Notes: generated from the letters alone by a model not told the origin. A DNA stretch of 64,000 nucleotides from Chloroflexota bacterium (GCA_016235055.1 JACRMK010000046.1:34958-98957); one strand, 5' to 3'. Shown: positions 25,853 to 35,751, numbered from the stretch's first letter. Made by a program: numbers and translations.

Positions 25853-27763
25853 ATGGCTCACGGAAGCACTGGCAAGATCCTGCACGTCAATCTCACCACA
25901 TCGGCTATTCACACCGAAGATATCGACGAGGCGCTGTACCGCCTCTACCCCGGCGGCAAAGCGCTGGCCGCCTACCTGCTGCTCAAGCAGATGCCGGCAC
26001 ACGCCGACCCGCTCGGCCCCGACAATGTGCTGATCCTGGCCAACGGCGTGCTGACCGGCGCGCCGGTCTCGACCGCCACGCGCTTTTCGGCCGTCGCGCG
26101 CTCGCCACTAACCGGCGCATTCGGCGAGTCGGAAGCGGGCGGTTTCTGGGGCCCGGAACTCAAGTTCGCCGGCTTCGAGGCGATCGTGCTCAAAGGGCGC
26201 GCCGACAAGCCGGTCTACCTCTGGATCAAAGACGGCCGGGTCGAGATTCGCGATGCAGCGCACCTGTGGGGCAAGGAGACCGGCGACACGCAGAACGCCG
26301 TGCGCGCCGAACTGGGCGACAAGCTGGTGCGCTTCCTGCAGATCGGCCCCGGCGGCGAGAACCTGGTGCGCTTCGCCTGCCTGACCAACGACCTGCGCCA
26401 CTACAACGGCCGCAACGGCATGGGCGCGGTGATGGGCTCCAAGCGGCTCAAGGGTATCGCCGTGCGCGGCAGCGGCAAGTACCTCGACCTTGCCGAGCAG
26501 CCGAAGGCGCTCTCGGAGTTCGGCAAGCTGCTGTCGAAGCGCGTCAAGAACCAGCCGCAGTCGTTCGACTTGCAGGAGAAGGGCACGCCGGGCATCACCG
26601 GCGGCCTGAACGCGGCCGGCATCCTGCCGACGCGCAACTTCCTGCAGGGCGCGTTCGAAGGCGTGGACGGCCTCAAGTGGGAGGTATACGAGAAGGAACT
26701 GCTGACCGCCCGTCGCTCGTGCTACGCCTGCGCCGTGCGCTGCAAGCGCGAGGTCGCGGTGAACGACCGCTACGTGGTCAGCGATACTTACGGCGGCCCG
26801 GAGTACGAGGCGGTCGGCGGCTTCGGCTCGAACTGTGGCATCGGCGACCTGCAAGCGGTCGCCAAGGCGAACGAACTGTGCGGGCGCTACACGCTCGACG
26901 CCATCTCGACCTCATCGGTCATTTCGTTCGCCATGGAATGCTTCGAGCACGGGCTGATCACGACGAAGGACACCGGCGGCATGGAACTGCGCTTCGGCAA
27001 TGTCGACGCGATGCTGAAGACGGTCGAGTTGATCGCGTTCCGTAAGGGCATCGGCGACCTGCTGGCCGAGGGCGTCAAGCGCGCGGCTGAAAAGATCGGC
27101 GGCGACGCGCCGTTTTTCGCGATGCACGTCAAGGGCCAGGAACTGCCGATGCACGACCCGCGCGGCAAGATTGGCGTTGGCATCGGCTACGCCGTCAACG
27201 AGGGCGGCGCGGATCACCTCGTCGCGTACCACGACACGGCGCTCGCGAACCCGGCGTCGGCCGGTTTCAAGAGCGCGACGGCGCTCGGCATCACGGAAGC
27301 GGTGCCACCGCGCGAACTCAGCGCGCGCAAGGCGTTCAACTACGCGATTCTGGAGAACTGGAGCAGCGCCGGCAAGGTGACCGGCTACTGCTACTTCGGC
27401 CCCGGCCCGCGCTCGTTCATCGAGGCGCAGGAAGTCGTCGATTCGGTGCGCGCGGCGACCGGTTGGGATCTGACGATTGCCGACCTGCTCAAGATCGGCG
27501 AGCGGGCGACGAACCTGGCGCGCGTCTTCAACGTGCGCGAAGGGTTCTCGCGCAAAGACGACATGATCCCGGAGCGGTTGTTTGCGCCGTCGCCGGTCGG
27601 CGCGCTGCAGGGCGTCGGCATCTCGCACGACGAGTTCGAGCAGGCGCTGACCGAGCTGTACCGGCTGAAGGGCTGGGACCCGGAGACCGCGAAGCCGACC
27701 CGCGAGCGCCTGCGCGAGCTGGGCATCGAGTGGGCGGCGGACATCGTCGAGGCGTCCGCGTAG
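25853..27763 (+). CDS. Aldehyde:ferredoxin oxidoreductase (tungsten/molybdopterin AOR family)
   Basis: 636 aa from internal ATG with GGAGGA upstream; N-terminal HVNLT...YPGGKAL AOR signature; cysteine motif CYACAVRC for the [4Fe-4S] cluster. Confidence 0.9.
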   Translation: MAHGSTGKILHVNLTTSAIHTEDIDEALYRLYPGGKALAAYLLLKQMPAHADPLGPDNVLILANGVLTGAPVSTATRFSAVARSPLTGAFGESEAGGFWGPELKFAGFEAIVLKGRADKPVYLWIKDGRVEIRDAAHLWGKETGDTQNAVRAELGDKLVRFLQIGPGGENLVRFACLTNDLRHYNGRNGMGAVMGSKRLKGIAVRGSGKYLDLAEQPKALSEFGKLLSKRVKNQPQSFDLQEKGTPGITGGLNAAGILPTRNFLQGAFEGVDGLKWEVYEKELLTARRSCYACAVRCKREVAVNDRYVVSDTYGGPEYEAVGGFGSNCGIGDLQAVAKANELCGRYTLDAISTSSVISFAMECFEHGLITTKDTGGMELRFGNVDAMLKTVELIAFRKGIGDLLAEGVKRAAEKIGGDAPFFAMHVKGQELPMHDPRGKIGVGIGYAVNEGGADHLVAYHDTALANPASAGFKSATALGITEAVPPRELSARKAFNYAILENWSSAGKVTGYCYFGPGPRSFIEAQEVVDSVRAATGWDLTIADLLKIGERATNLARVFNVREGFSRKDDMIPERLFAPSPVGALQGVGISHDEFEQALTELYRLKGWDPETAKPTRERLRELGIEWAADIVEASA

Positions 27764-27787
27764 CGCCGGGCTGATGGAGGAGAGTCG

Positions 27788-28120
27788 ATGAGCACCCCCG
27801 TAATCGCCGAGCCGCCGTGCTTGGCTGAAGCGATTGAGCGCATCGTGCAGCAGTTTCACCCGCTGCGCATCATCCTGTTCGGCTCCTGGGCGCGCGGGGA
27901 CGCCCGCCCGGACAGCGACCTTGATTTGCTGGTGGTGATGCCGGAGGCGCAGAACAAGCGCGCTATGACAGTTCGCATAGGCAATTCGTTGAGTGATCTG
28001 CCGATCAGCAAAGATGTCGTGGTAACGACGCCAGCGGAGATCGTGGAGCACGGGCAGACTATCGGGCGGGTGCTCCAGCCGGCGCTGGCCGAAGGCAAAG
28101 TCGTCTATGAGCGCCGATGA
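27788..28120 (+). CDS. Nucleotidyltransferase (MNT/MntA-like antitoxin component)
   Basis: GSWARGD...DSDLDLLVV matches the GSx9-13Dx[DE] minimal nucleotidyltransferase motif; GGAGGAG upstream. Confidence 0.8.
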   Translation: MSTPVIAEPPCLAEAIERIVQQFHPLRIILFGSWARGDARPDSDLDLLVVMPEAQNKRAMTVRIGNSLSDLPISKDVVVTTPAEIVEHGQTIGRVLQPALAEGKVVYERR

Positions 28121-28508
28121 TGTAGGCACTTGGCTGGCGTATGCGCATTCCGACTTGGGGGCGGGTCGGTCACTCTTGCTCGGGCCTGAGCCTTTTTCAC
28201 GCCAGTCGTGTTTTTATGCACAACCGGCTGCGGAAAAGGCGCTAAAAGCTGTGCTGGTAGCGCATGGCATCAAAGTTCCGCACACGCATGACCTTGATCA
28301 TTTGCGTGAGATCATCCCGGGCGGGGCTTCGGTGAAAGTCGAATTCCCGCACCTCTATGCATTGTCGATCTGGGCCGTCGAGGCGCGCTATCCCGGCGAT
28401 CCGCAAGAGGTCACGGCCGATGAGGCACGCGCGGCGCTCGATCTGGCGGAACGAGTGCTGCGGGCGGTGGAGCGCGACTTGCGCGCCGGCGGCGCAGAGG
28501 CGTCGTAG
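28107..28508 (+). CDS. HEPN domain protein (toxin component), overlaps MNT gene by 14 nt
   Basis: 133 aa with HEPN-like helices (QQA/QPAAEKALKAVL); gene order MNT-HEPN with overlapping ends is the canonical arrangement. Confidence 0.75.
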   Translation: MSADDVGTWLAYAHSDLGAGRSLLLGPEPFSRQSCFYAQPAAEKALKAVLVAHGIKVPHTHDLDHLREIIPGGASVKVEFPHLYALSIWAVEARYPGDPQEVTADEARAALDLAERVLRAVERDLRAGGAEAS

Positions 28509-28745
28509 ATGCAGGTGCATCTCGGCGGGCATCTCAACTGGTACGAGCCGCAGCGCCGGGTCTGGGTGGAGTTGCCTGCCGGCGGGGCCATGCGCTTGCT
28601 GGCGATCTGTGCCGCGGTGGGCGTGCCGCCGGAGGAAGTCGCCATCGCCGTCGTGAACGGCCATGCGGTCGACCTGGAGCGTGCCACGGCGACCGATGCC
28701 GACCGCGTGGAGTTATACCCGCCGATCGGCGGCGGGGTGGCATAA
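28509..28745 (+). CDS. MoaD/ThiS-family small beta-grasp protein (sulfur-carrier-like)
   Basis: 78 aa; about this size and with Gly-Gly near the C-terminus (IGGGVA); this family commonly accompanies AOR genes. Confidence 0.55.
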   Translation: MQVHLGGHLNWYEPQRRVWVELPAGGAMRLLAICAAVGVPPEEVAIAVVNGHAVDLERATATDADRVELYPPIGGGVA

Positions 28746-28753
28746 CAACACCA

Positions 28754-28787
28754 AGCCCCTTCGGGATTTCAAGACCCGAAGGGGCTT
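28754..28787 (+). terminator. Terminator hairpin (CCCTTCGGG family)
   Basis: AAGCCCCTTCGGG-atttcaa-GACCCGAAGGGGCTT. Confidence 0.55.
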
Positions 28788-28808
28788 CTGTTTCCGGCCA
28801 CCTCGGGC

Positions 28809-28950
28809 GGTCATCCTGAGCGCGAAAGCGGGGCGTATGTCCTTTGGCTCGTTAGGCGCGCGAAGGATCTGAACTGCCGCCTCTCAGATTCTTCGCGCGC
28901 GAGGCGTGTTGCACGCCATCGGTCTTGCCGCCGCGCTCCGAATGACAGCG
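28809..28950. repeat. MITE-like element, family 1 copy
   Basis: Termini GGTCATCCTGAGCGCGAAAG / CCGCGCTCCGAATGACAGCG with internal CGCGCGAAGG...CTTCGCGCGCG hairpin. Confidence 0.5.
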
Positions 28951-28999
28951 GACCAGGGTATGCTCAGCGCAAAACCGCTGTACCTGCGCTTGATTTGCG

Positions 29000-29842
29000 C
29001 TACCGCATCGCGCCGTAGACCAGCACGGCGGTGACGGCGCCGGCCAGCGACGCGAGGAAGTTCACCACGTCGTTGTCCATCCATGCCAGCCCGCGCGTCA
29101 GGATCGCCGGGCGGCCGCAGGCGTGGATCGGCTTCTCGGTGTACGCAGCGTCGCTCGCGCAGTAGTAGAGCGCCTGCACCGTTGCGCCCAACAGCGAATC
29201 GACTACGCTGCCGATGAAGCCCGCGATCAGCGCGGTGGTCGGCAGCCAGAGATACGCGCTCAGGGGCACGTCCGCGAAGAATCCCTCGACGTAGCGCCCC
29301 AGCAGCGCCGCCGAGCCGATCAGCAGCGCGCCGGTGGCCGCCGAGATCAGGCCGAGCGTGCTGACCGCGCCGTTCTCGCCGGTCCGCGTCTCGCGCCAGG
29401 TGGTGACCATGCGCGGCGGCGTCAGGCTGAGCATGCCCAGTTCCGTCGCCCACGTGTCGGCCGTCACGGCCGCCATGGCGCCGGCAAACGCGGCGAAGAT
29501 CGGCAGGGTGTACGCGGGAAAAATGGCGCCCGAGACGGCCAGCACGGCCGCCGCGCCGCCGTTGGCGAGCGTCTGCGCCAGGTCGCGGCGGCCACCCTTG
29601 GCGAACTCGGCGGACGATTCGCGTTTGCGTTCCGCGCCGTAGCGCGTCAGCGCCGACGACGAGACGAAGAACGCCACGACGACCACGGCCCAGGCGAAGC
29701 CGCCGAGGCCGAACGTCAGCGTGCCGACGATGGCCGCGCCCGCGACGCCGTCGCGCGTCAGCGCGCCGCGTCGCTGCGCCGCCAGCCCGATCAGCAGGCT
29801 GAGCGCGAACCCGGCGGCCAGTTGCAGAGGCGAAAGAGACAT
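29000..29842 (-). CDS. Integral membrane protein, DUF92 / TIGR00297-like
   Basis: 280 aa, 7-8 predicted TM helices, Gly/Ala-rich composition as in DUF92 membrane proteins. Confidence 0.55.
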   Translation of the reverse strand: MSLSPLQLAAGFALSLLIGLAAQRRGALTRDGVAGAAIVGTLTFGLGGFAWAVVVVAFFVSSSALTRYGAERKRESSAEFAKGGRRDLAQTLANGGAAAVLAVSGAIFPAYTLPIFAAFAGAMAAVTADTWATELGMLSLTPPRMVTTWRETRTGENGAVSTLGLISAATGALLIGSAALLGRYVEGFFADVPLSAYLWLPTTALIAGFIGSVVDSLLGATVQALYYCASDAAYTEKPIHACGRPAILTRGLAWMDNDVVNFLASLAGAVTAVLVYGAMR

Positions 29843-29896
29843 AGGCAGCCCCTCCGGCGCGCGGCGCGGAGGGGCGTTTTCTTCGGAGCGCGGAGA

Positions 29897-30172
29897 CTAC
29901 TGCGGCAGGATGAAGCGCAGTGCAATCATGCCCGCGAGCAATATGGTCGCGAGCACGGCGATGCGGACCAGGTCGCTCTTGACGTGCGCGTACTGCTGCG
30001 CGGGTGCGGACGACAGCGCCGGCGCGGGCGACCGGGGCGCCGGGGCGGCGGTGACGCGCTCGATCGGCTCCATTGAAGCGCCATGCGGCATGGTGGCGGG
30101 TGCAGCGGAGCGGGGCGCCCTGGGGGTCTTGTCGCCCATGCGGCGGCGCTCGCGGCGTGACGGTTTTGCCAT
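29897..30172 (-). CDS. Small tail-anchored protein (basic N-terminus, C-terminal TM helix), hypothetical
   Basis: 91 aa; GGAG 9 nt upstream of ATG; lies between sortase and DUF92 genes on the same strand. Confidence 0.5.
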   Translation of the reverse strand: MAKPSRRERRRMGDKTPRAPRSAAPATMPHGASMEPIERVTAAPAPRSPAPALSSAPAQQYAHVKSDLVRIAVLATILLAGMIALRFILPQ

Positions 30173-30212
30173 GTGAATACTCCGGTGTCTGTGAAATGGC
30201 CCGAAGGGCCGG

Positions 30213-31037
30213 TTACTTCGCCAGTTGGGCGAAGACGATCATGCGCTGGTTGTCGATCAGGTACGGATAACAGGTGATCAGCGTCAGCGTCGGTTCGGTC
30301 GTCGCCTGCAGCACGCTGACGTCCGTCGGCTCGACAATGCGCCGGTTGCGGACGACGTATGTAAACTTCGCTTCCTTCGAATAGACCTGCACCTCGTCCC
30401 CGGCTTTCAGGTCGCCGATATAGCGGAAGACCTCGCCGAAGACATCATCGTGCCCCGATATGACCATGTTGCCGCGCTGGCCCGGATTGGTCGAGCCCGC
30501 CCGGTGTCCCGCGCCTTTCTTGAGCGCTTCCCAATCGTCGCCCTCGACGACCAGCGAATCGACGTTGATCGCCGGGATGACGATGCGCACCGGCTGCTGC
30601 GGGCCGGGCGTCGGAATAGCGACAGGCACGACCTGCTTGAGCACGCCCTTGAACCGCTCCGGCGTGCCCGCCGAGGGCGGCTGTGAAGCGCCGGGCAGCG
30701 TGGCCGCCGCCTCGGGACTGCCGGTGCGCACCTGGCCGCTGCCGGACTGCGCCGCCGCGCTCTCGCGGTTGAGCTCCTGCAGACGAAAGAAGATGGCGAG
30801 GCCGGCAATCAGCAGTCCCGCCACCGCAAAGACCTCGACAGCCAGCAGCAGGCGATTGCCGACGCGCATGAAGTTGATGTCGGGGCGCGCCGTGCCCGCC
30901 GCCTTGAGCTTCTGCGCGCCGCGCTCCATCGCGCTGGTCTGCGACTCCATGCGCGTGCTGAAGCGTTGCCGCGCGCGTTTCTCGGCCAGCAGTTTTTCCA
31001 GCTCTTCAATCGACAGGTCGTTCAGGTGGGTGCTCAT
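30213..31037 (-). CDS. Class E-like sortase (transpeptidase)
   Basis: N-terminal TM anchor, catalytic TLITCYP (TLxTC) motif and conserved His (MVISGHDD). Confidence 0.8.
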   Translation of the reverse strand: MSTHLNDLSIEELEKLLAEKRARQRFSTRMESQTSAMERGAQKLKAAGTARPDINFMRVGNRLLLAVEVFAVAGLLIAGLAIFFRLQELNRESAAAQSGSGQVRTGSPEAAATLPGASQPPSAGTPERFKGVLKQVVPVAIPTPGPQQPVRIVIPAINVDSLVVEGDDWEALKKGAGHRAGSTNPGQRGNMVISGHDDVFGEVFRYIGDLKAGDEVQVYSKEAKFTYVVRNRRIVEPTDVSVLQATTEPTLTLITCYPYLIDNQRMIVFAQLAK

Positions 31038-31254
31038 ACGACGCCCGTCGGCGCAATCGAAATTATACCCGCGCTATGGATGACGGGCAACTGGCGACCC
31101 GGCAACGGGTATACCGACAAACTGTCGGGGACTCAATCGGTCGTCATGCCGGAATGGCGGATTGGTCAGCCGTGCGGCCCCGACACTTTTGCGGTATACC
31201 CTTTCAATTGGGTGCATTTCGGATTGGGGCCGGGCGCATGCAACTCAACGAGGC

Positions 31255-31370
31255 GTCACTCCCGCGGAAGCGGGAGTCCAGGGACAACACCGCTGGATGC
31301 CCGCGCTGGTCGGCGGCGAGCCACCGTGGTCTCATACCGTATTGGTTGCGCCCCGGAACTGAAAATACCC
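31255..31370. repeat. Intergenic repeat, family 4 partial copy
   Basis: CGTATTGGTTGCGCCCCGGAACTGAAAATACC is the reverse complement of the module at 11942; CACTCCCGCGGAAGCGGGAGTC hairpin. Confidence 0.5.
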
Positions 31371-31467
31371 CCTTTCAACGTCTCAAGCATAGCGAACTGC
31401 CTGCGCAGGGGAGCGATTTGCGAGCTCATCGGGTCGGTATTCATAGGGCGTGCCGGGCGCGCCCGGA

Positions 31468-32397
31468 TCACACGTAGACGGTGCAGCCGCGCGTCTCAAG
31501 CTCCACGAGCCATGTGGGTGCGGCCAGCATCTTGTTCCAGCGCAGATCGAGCTTTTCCAGATGAGGCAGGTTGCGGATGCCCGCAGGCAGTTGCGCCAGC
31601 CGGTTGGCGCGCAGGTCGAGGGTGCGCAGATTGCGCAGGCCGCCGAGGGTTTCCGGCAGGGCGATCAGCGCATTGTTTCGCAAGTCGAGGTCAGTCAGGC
31701 TGCGCAGGCCACCGATTGACTCCGGGAGCGTGGTCAGCCGATTGTCCTGCAATACCAGTTTCCGCAGCGCCCCGAGCGCTCCAATGGATTCCGGCAGCGA
31801 CGCCAGCCGGTTGTTCATCGCGTGCAGTTCCCGCAGGCGCGTCAACCGCCCCAGCGATTCCGGCAGCGCGCCGATCTGGTTGTTGTACACGCGCAACTCG
31901 CTCAGTTGCGTCAGGTCGCCGATGAACTCCGGTAGCGACGTGAGCCGGTTATCGGTCACGTTCAGGTAGATCAGCCTGCCGAGTTTCCCCATTGATTCGG
32001 GCATGCTCGTCAGTTGATTGTTGCTCCCGTACAGAAACGCCAGTTGGCCCAGCCTGCCGAGTGCAACAGGGAGCTCGGCCAATGCGTTGTGCCCCAGGTC
32101 GAGCATGCGCAGCGCGGTGAGCTCGCCGATGCCGCCCGGTAATGCGGTCAGCCTGTTGTCCGCGACGTTGAGCGTTTGCAGCGCGCTCAACTGCCAGAGC
32201 GAGTCGGGCAGTTCGCTCAACCGGTTGTGGTACAGGCTCAACGATGTGAGCGTAATCAGTTCGCCGATCCAGCGGGGCAGTTCGCTCAACCGATTCAGAT
32301 CGAGGTCGAGATCGGCCAGCACAGCGCTGGCGCGAATATGGTCGGGCACGCTGGCCAAGTCGCGGCCGCGCAGGCTGATGCTGGTCGGGTTGTGCAT
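31468..32397 (-). CDS. Leucine-rich repeat (LRR) protein
   Basis: About 12 tandem 23-aa repeats of LxxLxLxxNxLxxLPxxIGxLxx; no other domain; start at internal ATG (MHNPTS). Confidence 0.8.
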   Translation of the reverse strand: MHNPTSISLRGRDLASVPDHIRASAVLADLDLDLNRLSELPRWIGELITLTSLSLYHNRLSELPDSLWQLSALQTLNVADNRLTALPGGIGELTALRMLDLGHNALAELPVALGRLGQLAFLYGSNNQLTSMPESMGKLGRLIYLNVTDNRLTSLPEFIGDLTQLSELRVYNNQIGALPESLGRLTRLRELHAMNNRLASLPESIGALGALRKLVLQDNRLTTLPESIGGLRSLTDLDLRNNALIALPETLGGLRNLRTLDLRANRLAQLPAGIRNLPHLEKLDLRWNKMLAAPTWLVELETRGCTVYV

Positions 32398-32565
32398 GAT
32401 GAGGTGCCGGCATTGTAGGTGCGGCCCCGGCAATCCGCAAATCGGCGCCAGATGCGCGCACGGTTAGCAGCACAATACGCCGTCGAATCACACCTTATTG
32501 TCGGAAAGCCTACCCTTCGACAGGCTCAGGGTACGTGTGTCATTGCGCCCGGCCGCTGGCCGTGT

Positions 32566-32571
32566 TATGAT
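32566..32571 (+). promoter_or_regulatory. -10-like hexamer TATGAT 7 nt upstream of ATG (leaderless-type)
   Basis: GTGTTATGATGCCGGTCATG. Confidence 0.4.
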
Positions 32572-32578
32572 GCCGGTC

Positions 32579-33601
32579 ATGGATACCATCCGCACCCTCC
32601 GCGTCGCCGTCAGCGGCATCCCGCGCGGCTGCCAGACGGCCCGCCCCGATGGCAACTGGCTCTCGCCTGTTCAGCGGACGCAGATCGAGTCCGTTTCCTC
32701 CCGCATCGAGTTAATCGAGCATCCGGCCGACCGGATCGGCGCACCGGTCGGCAGCGAGGTGCTGCTGGCCGAAGGCGGCAACCGCACGCACTACCCCGGC
32801 GAATTGGACTGGGACGACTATCTGCGCTTCTTCATGCCGAGCCTGCGCTGGGTGCAACTATGCAGCACCGGCTTCAGCGACAACATCACCCCGCAGGTGC
32901 TCGACGGCTCCGTGACGCTGACCAATGCGCCGGGCATTCACACCATTCCGATCGCCGAGAGCGTGCTGGCGGCGATGCTCGATCACGCCAAGCGCCTGCG
33001 CGAGCGGCGCATCCACCAGCAGTCGCGCGACTGGCAGGCGCTGCACACCGGTGAACTGCACGGGCGCACCGTGCTGATCATCGGCCTGGGGCGTATCGGC
33101 GGGCGCGTGGCGCAACTGGCGCGCGCGTTCGGCATGCGCGTGATCGGCGTGCGGCGCACCACGGCCGCCGCAAACGAGGCCGATGAAGTGATCGGTCCGC
33201 CGGCGCTGCGCGCGCGCCTGCCCGAGGCCGATTACGTTGTCATGACCGCGCCGTTGACGCCGGAGACCGAGCGCATGCTCGGCGCGGCTGAACTGGCCGC
33301 GATGAAGCCGTCGGCGTACTTCGTCAACGTCGGGCGCGGTTCTACGGTGGACGAAGACGCGCTGGCGCGCGCCATGGCGACGCGGCAGATCGCCGGCGCG
33401 TACCTCGATGCGTTTGCCGACGAGCCGCTGCCGCCGGCGCACCCGTTCTGGGCGCTCGACAACGTCCTGCTGGTGCCGCACGACAGCCACTCGTCGCCGC
33501 ACATCACCGACCGGATGGTGGCGCTGTTCTGCGACAACCTGCGGCGCTATGTCGGCGGCGAACCGCTCCTGCATGTCTGCGACCGGACGCGAGGCTATTG
33601 A
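32579..33601 (+). CDS. D-isomer-specific 2-hydroxyacid dehydrogenase, NAD-binding (paralog)
   Basis: IIGLGRIGG nucleotide-binding motif; catalytic region NVGRG ... VPHDSH. Confidence 0.85.
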   Translation: MDTIRTLRVAVSGIPRGCQTARPDGNWLSPVQRTQIESVSSRIELIEHPADRIGAPVGSEVLLAEGGNRTHYPGELDWDDYLRFFMPSLRWVQLCSTGFSDNITPQVLDGSVTLTNAPGIHTIPIAESVLAAMLDHAKRLRERRIHQQSRDWQALHTGELHGRTVLIIGLGRIGGRVAQLARAFGMRVIGVRRTTAAANEADEVIGPPALRARLPEADYVVMTAPLTPETERMLGAAELAAMKPSAYFVNVGRGSTVDEDALARAMATRQIAGAYLDAFADEPLPPAHPFWALDNVLLVPHDSHSSPHITDRMVALFCDNLRRYVGGEPLLHVCDRTRGY

Positions 33602-33723
33602 GATGAACGGAATCCATACCAACAATGCCGGACAGGGCGCACTCCGTATAATAAAGTAGATACTCAACCGTCCGCGCATGGCGCGGCCTATCAGCAGATG
33701 ATACACTCTGCAAGGTGTAGATA

Positions 33724-34659
33724 ATGAACTGGACTGCAAACGACCTGCCCGACTTACGCAATCGAACCGTGATTGTCACCGGCGCGAACAGCGGCGTCGG
33801 GTTTGAATCGGCGCGCGGCCTGGCGCAGCACGGCGCGACCGTGGTCATGGCCTGCCGCGACGAGGGGCGGGGCCAGCGCGCGGCCGACGCGATCCGTGCC
33901 GGTCAGCCGGATGCGGCGCTCGCGGTCATGCCGCTCGATCTGGCCGATCTCTCCTCCGTGCGGCGCTTCGCTGATGCGTTCACGGCGCGCCATGACCGGC
34001 TCGATGTGCTGCTGAACAACGCCGGCGTCATGGCCATCCCGTACCGCACGACGGCCGATGGCTTCGAGATGCAGTTCGGCACGAACCACCTGGGGCACTT
34101 CGCGCTGACGGGGCGGCTGCTGGACGCGCTGCGGCGCACACCGGGCGCGCGGGTGGTCGTGGTCAGCAGCGGCATGCACCGTCGTGGCCGCGTTGCGTTT
34201 GATGATCTGCAATCGAAGCGAGCGTACAGCCGCTATGGCGCATACGGGCAGAGCAAGCTCGCCAACCTGCTGTTCGCCTACGAGTTGAATCGCCGCTTCG
34301 CCGCGAACGGCGTGCCGGCGATCGGCGTGGGCGCGCATCCCGGCTATGCGGCGACCAACCTGCAGACGGCGGGGGCGCGCATGGACGGCGCACGCATGAC
34401 GGAGACGATCACGAACGCCGTGACCAATCTGGTGGCGCAGAGCTCGGCCATGGGCGCGCTGCCGCTGATGTACGCGGCTGCCGCACCGGGCGTCAGCGGC
34501 GGCGACTACATCGGCCCAACCGGGTTGGCGGGCATGCGCGGCTACCCCGGCCAGGCCAAGTCGAGCACCGCCTCGCACAGCCGCGCCGATGCCGCGCGCC
34601 TGTGGGAGAGCTCCGAGCAGCTGACTGGCGTCTCGTACAACCTGCCGCCCGCGCCGTGA
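33724..34659 (+). CDS. Short-chain dehydrogenase/reductase (SDR) family oxidoreductase
   Basis: TGANSGVG (TGxxxGxG) cofactor motif, NNAG, catalytic YGQSK (YxxxK). Confidence 0.85.
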   Translation: MNWTANDLPDLRNRTVIVTGANSGVGFESARGLAQHGATVVMACRDEGRGQRAADAIRAGQPDAALAVMPLDLADLSSVRRFADAFTARHDRLDVLLNNAGVMAIPYRTTADGFEMQFGTNHLGHFALTGRLLDALRRTPGARVVVVSSGMHRRGRVAFDDLQSKRAYSRYGAYGQSKLANLLFAYELNRRFAANGVPAIGVGAHPGYAATNLQTAGARMDGARMTETITNAVTNLVAQSSAMGALPLMYAAAAPGVSGGDYIGPTGLAGMRGYPGQAKSSTASHSRADAARLWESSEQLTGVSYNLPPAP

Positions 34660-34754
34660 CGCTTGCCCGCGCTGGGGCGGGTGGTACAATAGACCGTGCT
34701 GCGCCCGGCGCAGCTCAAAATCACGCTATTCCGGTCACCGGCAAGGAGAACCAG

Positions 34755-35606
34755 ATGGCAATCAAGACGGTCGGTGTTGTCGGCTGCGGTTTGATGGGGT
34801 CGGGTATTGTCGAAGTCTGCGCGAAGAGCGGCTACGACGTCATTGTAATGGAGATGAACGACGGGCTGTTGAAGCGCGGGCTGGAGCGCATCGATGCCAG
34901 CCTGGCCAAAGCGGTTGAGCGCAAGAAGCTGGACGCCGCCGCCCGCGACGGCATCCGGGCGCGCATCCGTGGCACCACCGGTTTCGCCGATTTCCGCGAC
35001 GCCGATTTCGTCGTCGAGGCGGCGATCGAGAACCTCGACGAGAAGAAGCAGATCTTCGCGCAGCTCGACACAGTCACCCGGCCGGACGCAACTCTGTCGT
35101 CGAACACGTCGTCGCTGTCGATCATCGACATGGCGTCGGCGACGAAGCGGCCGGCGCAGGTGCTCGGCATGCACTTCTTCAATCCGGTGCCGGTCATGCC
35201 GCTGCTCGAGATGGTGCGCTCGTTCCTGACGAGCGAGGCGACCTACCAGGCGGCGCGGGCTTTCGGCGAATCGCTCGGCAAGACCGTGGTCGTGGCGAAG
35301 GACAAGCCGGGCTTCATCGTCAACGCGTTGCTGATCCCGTACCTGCTCGACGCGATCCGCATGGTCGAAGAGGGCGCCGCGTCACGCGAGGATATCGACG
35401 CCGGCATTCATCTGGGGCTGAACCACCCGATGGGCCCGCTGACGCTGACGGACTTCGTGGGGCTGGACACGACGCTCTACGTGGCCGACGCGATGTTCGC
35501 GGAGACGAAGAACGCGCGTTACGCCGCGCCGACGCTGCTGCGCCGCATGGTCACGGCCGGGCACATGGGCCGCAAGAGCGGCAAGGGGTTCTACGAGTAT
35601 GAGTGA
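34755..35606 (+). CDS. hbd: 3-hydroxyacyl-CoA / 3-hydroxybutyryl-CoA dehydrogenase
   Basis: N-terminal VGVVGCGLMGSGI Rossmann motif; AAGGAGAA upstream of internal ATG; C-terminal dimerisation domain. Confidence 0.9.
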   Translation: MAIKTVGVVGCGLMGSGIVEVCAKSGYDVIVMEMNDGLLKRGLERIDASLAKAVERKKLDAAARDGIRARIRGTTGFADFRDADFVVEAAIENLDEKKQIFAQLDTVTRPDATLSSNTSSLSIIDMASATKRPAQVLGMHFFNPVPVMPLLEMVRSFLTSEATYQAARAFGESLGKTVVVAKDKPGFIVNALLIPYLLDAIRMVEEGAASREDIDAGIHLGLNHPMGPLTLTDFVGLDTTLYVADAMFAETKNARYAAPTLLRRMVTAGHMGRKSGKGFYEYE

Positions 35607-35751
35607 GGCTTGGGGGCTTGCAAAAGCCTCGGCTGGCACACTTGCCACGCTGCCGCCCATAGCGGTTATGGGCGGCAGCGAGTTGATTCCCCCCGTTTGG
35701 TCCGTCGGCGGCCAGAACGACGGTCTGGCCGCCAATCACGAACTCGGCAGA

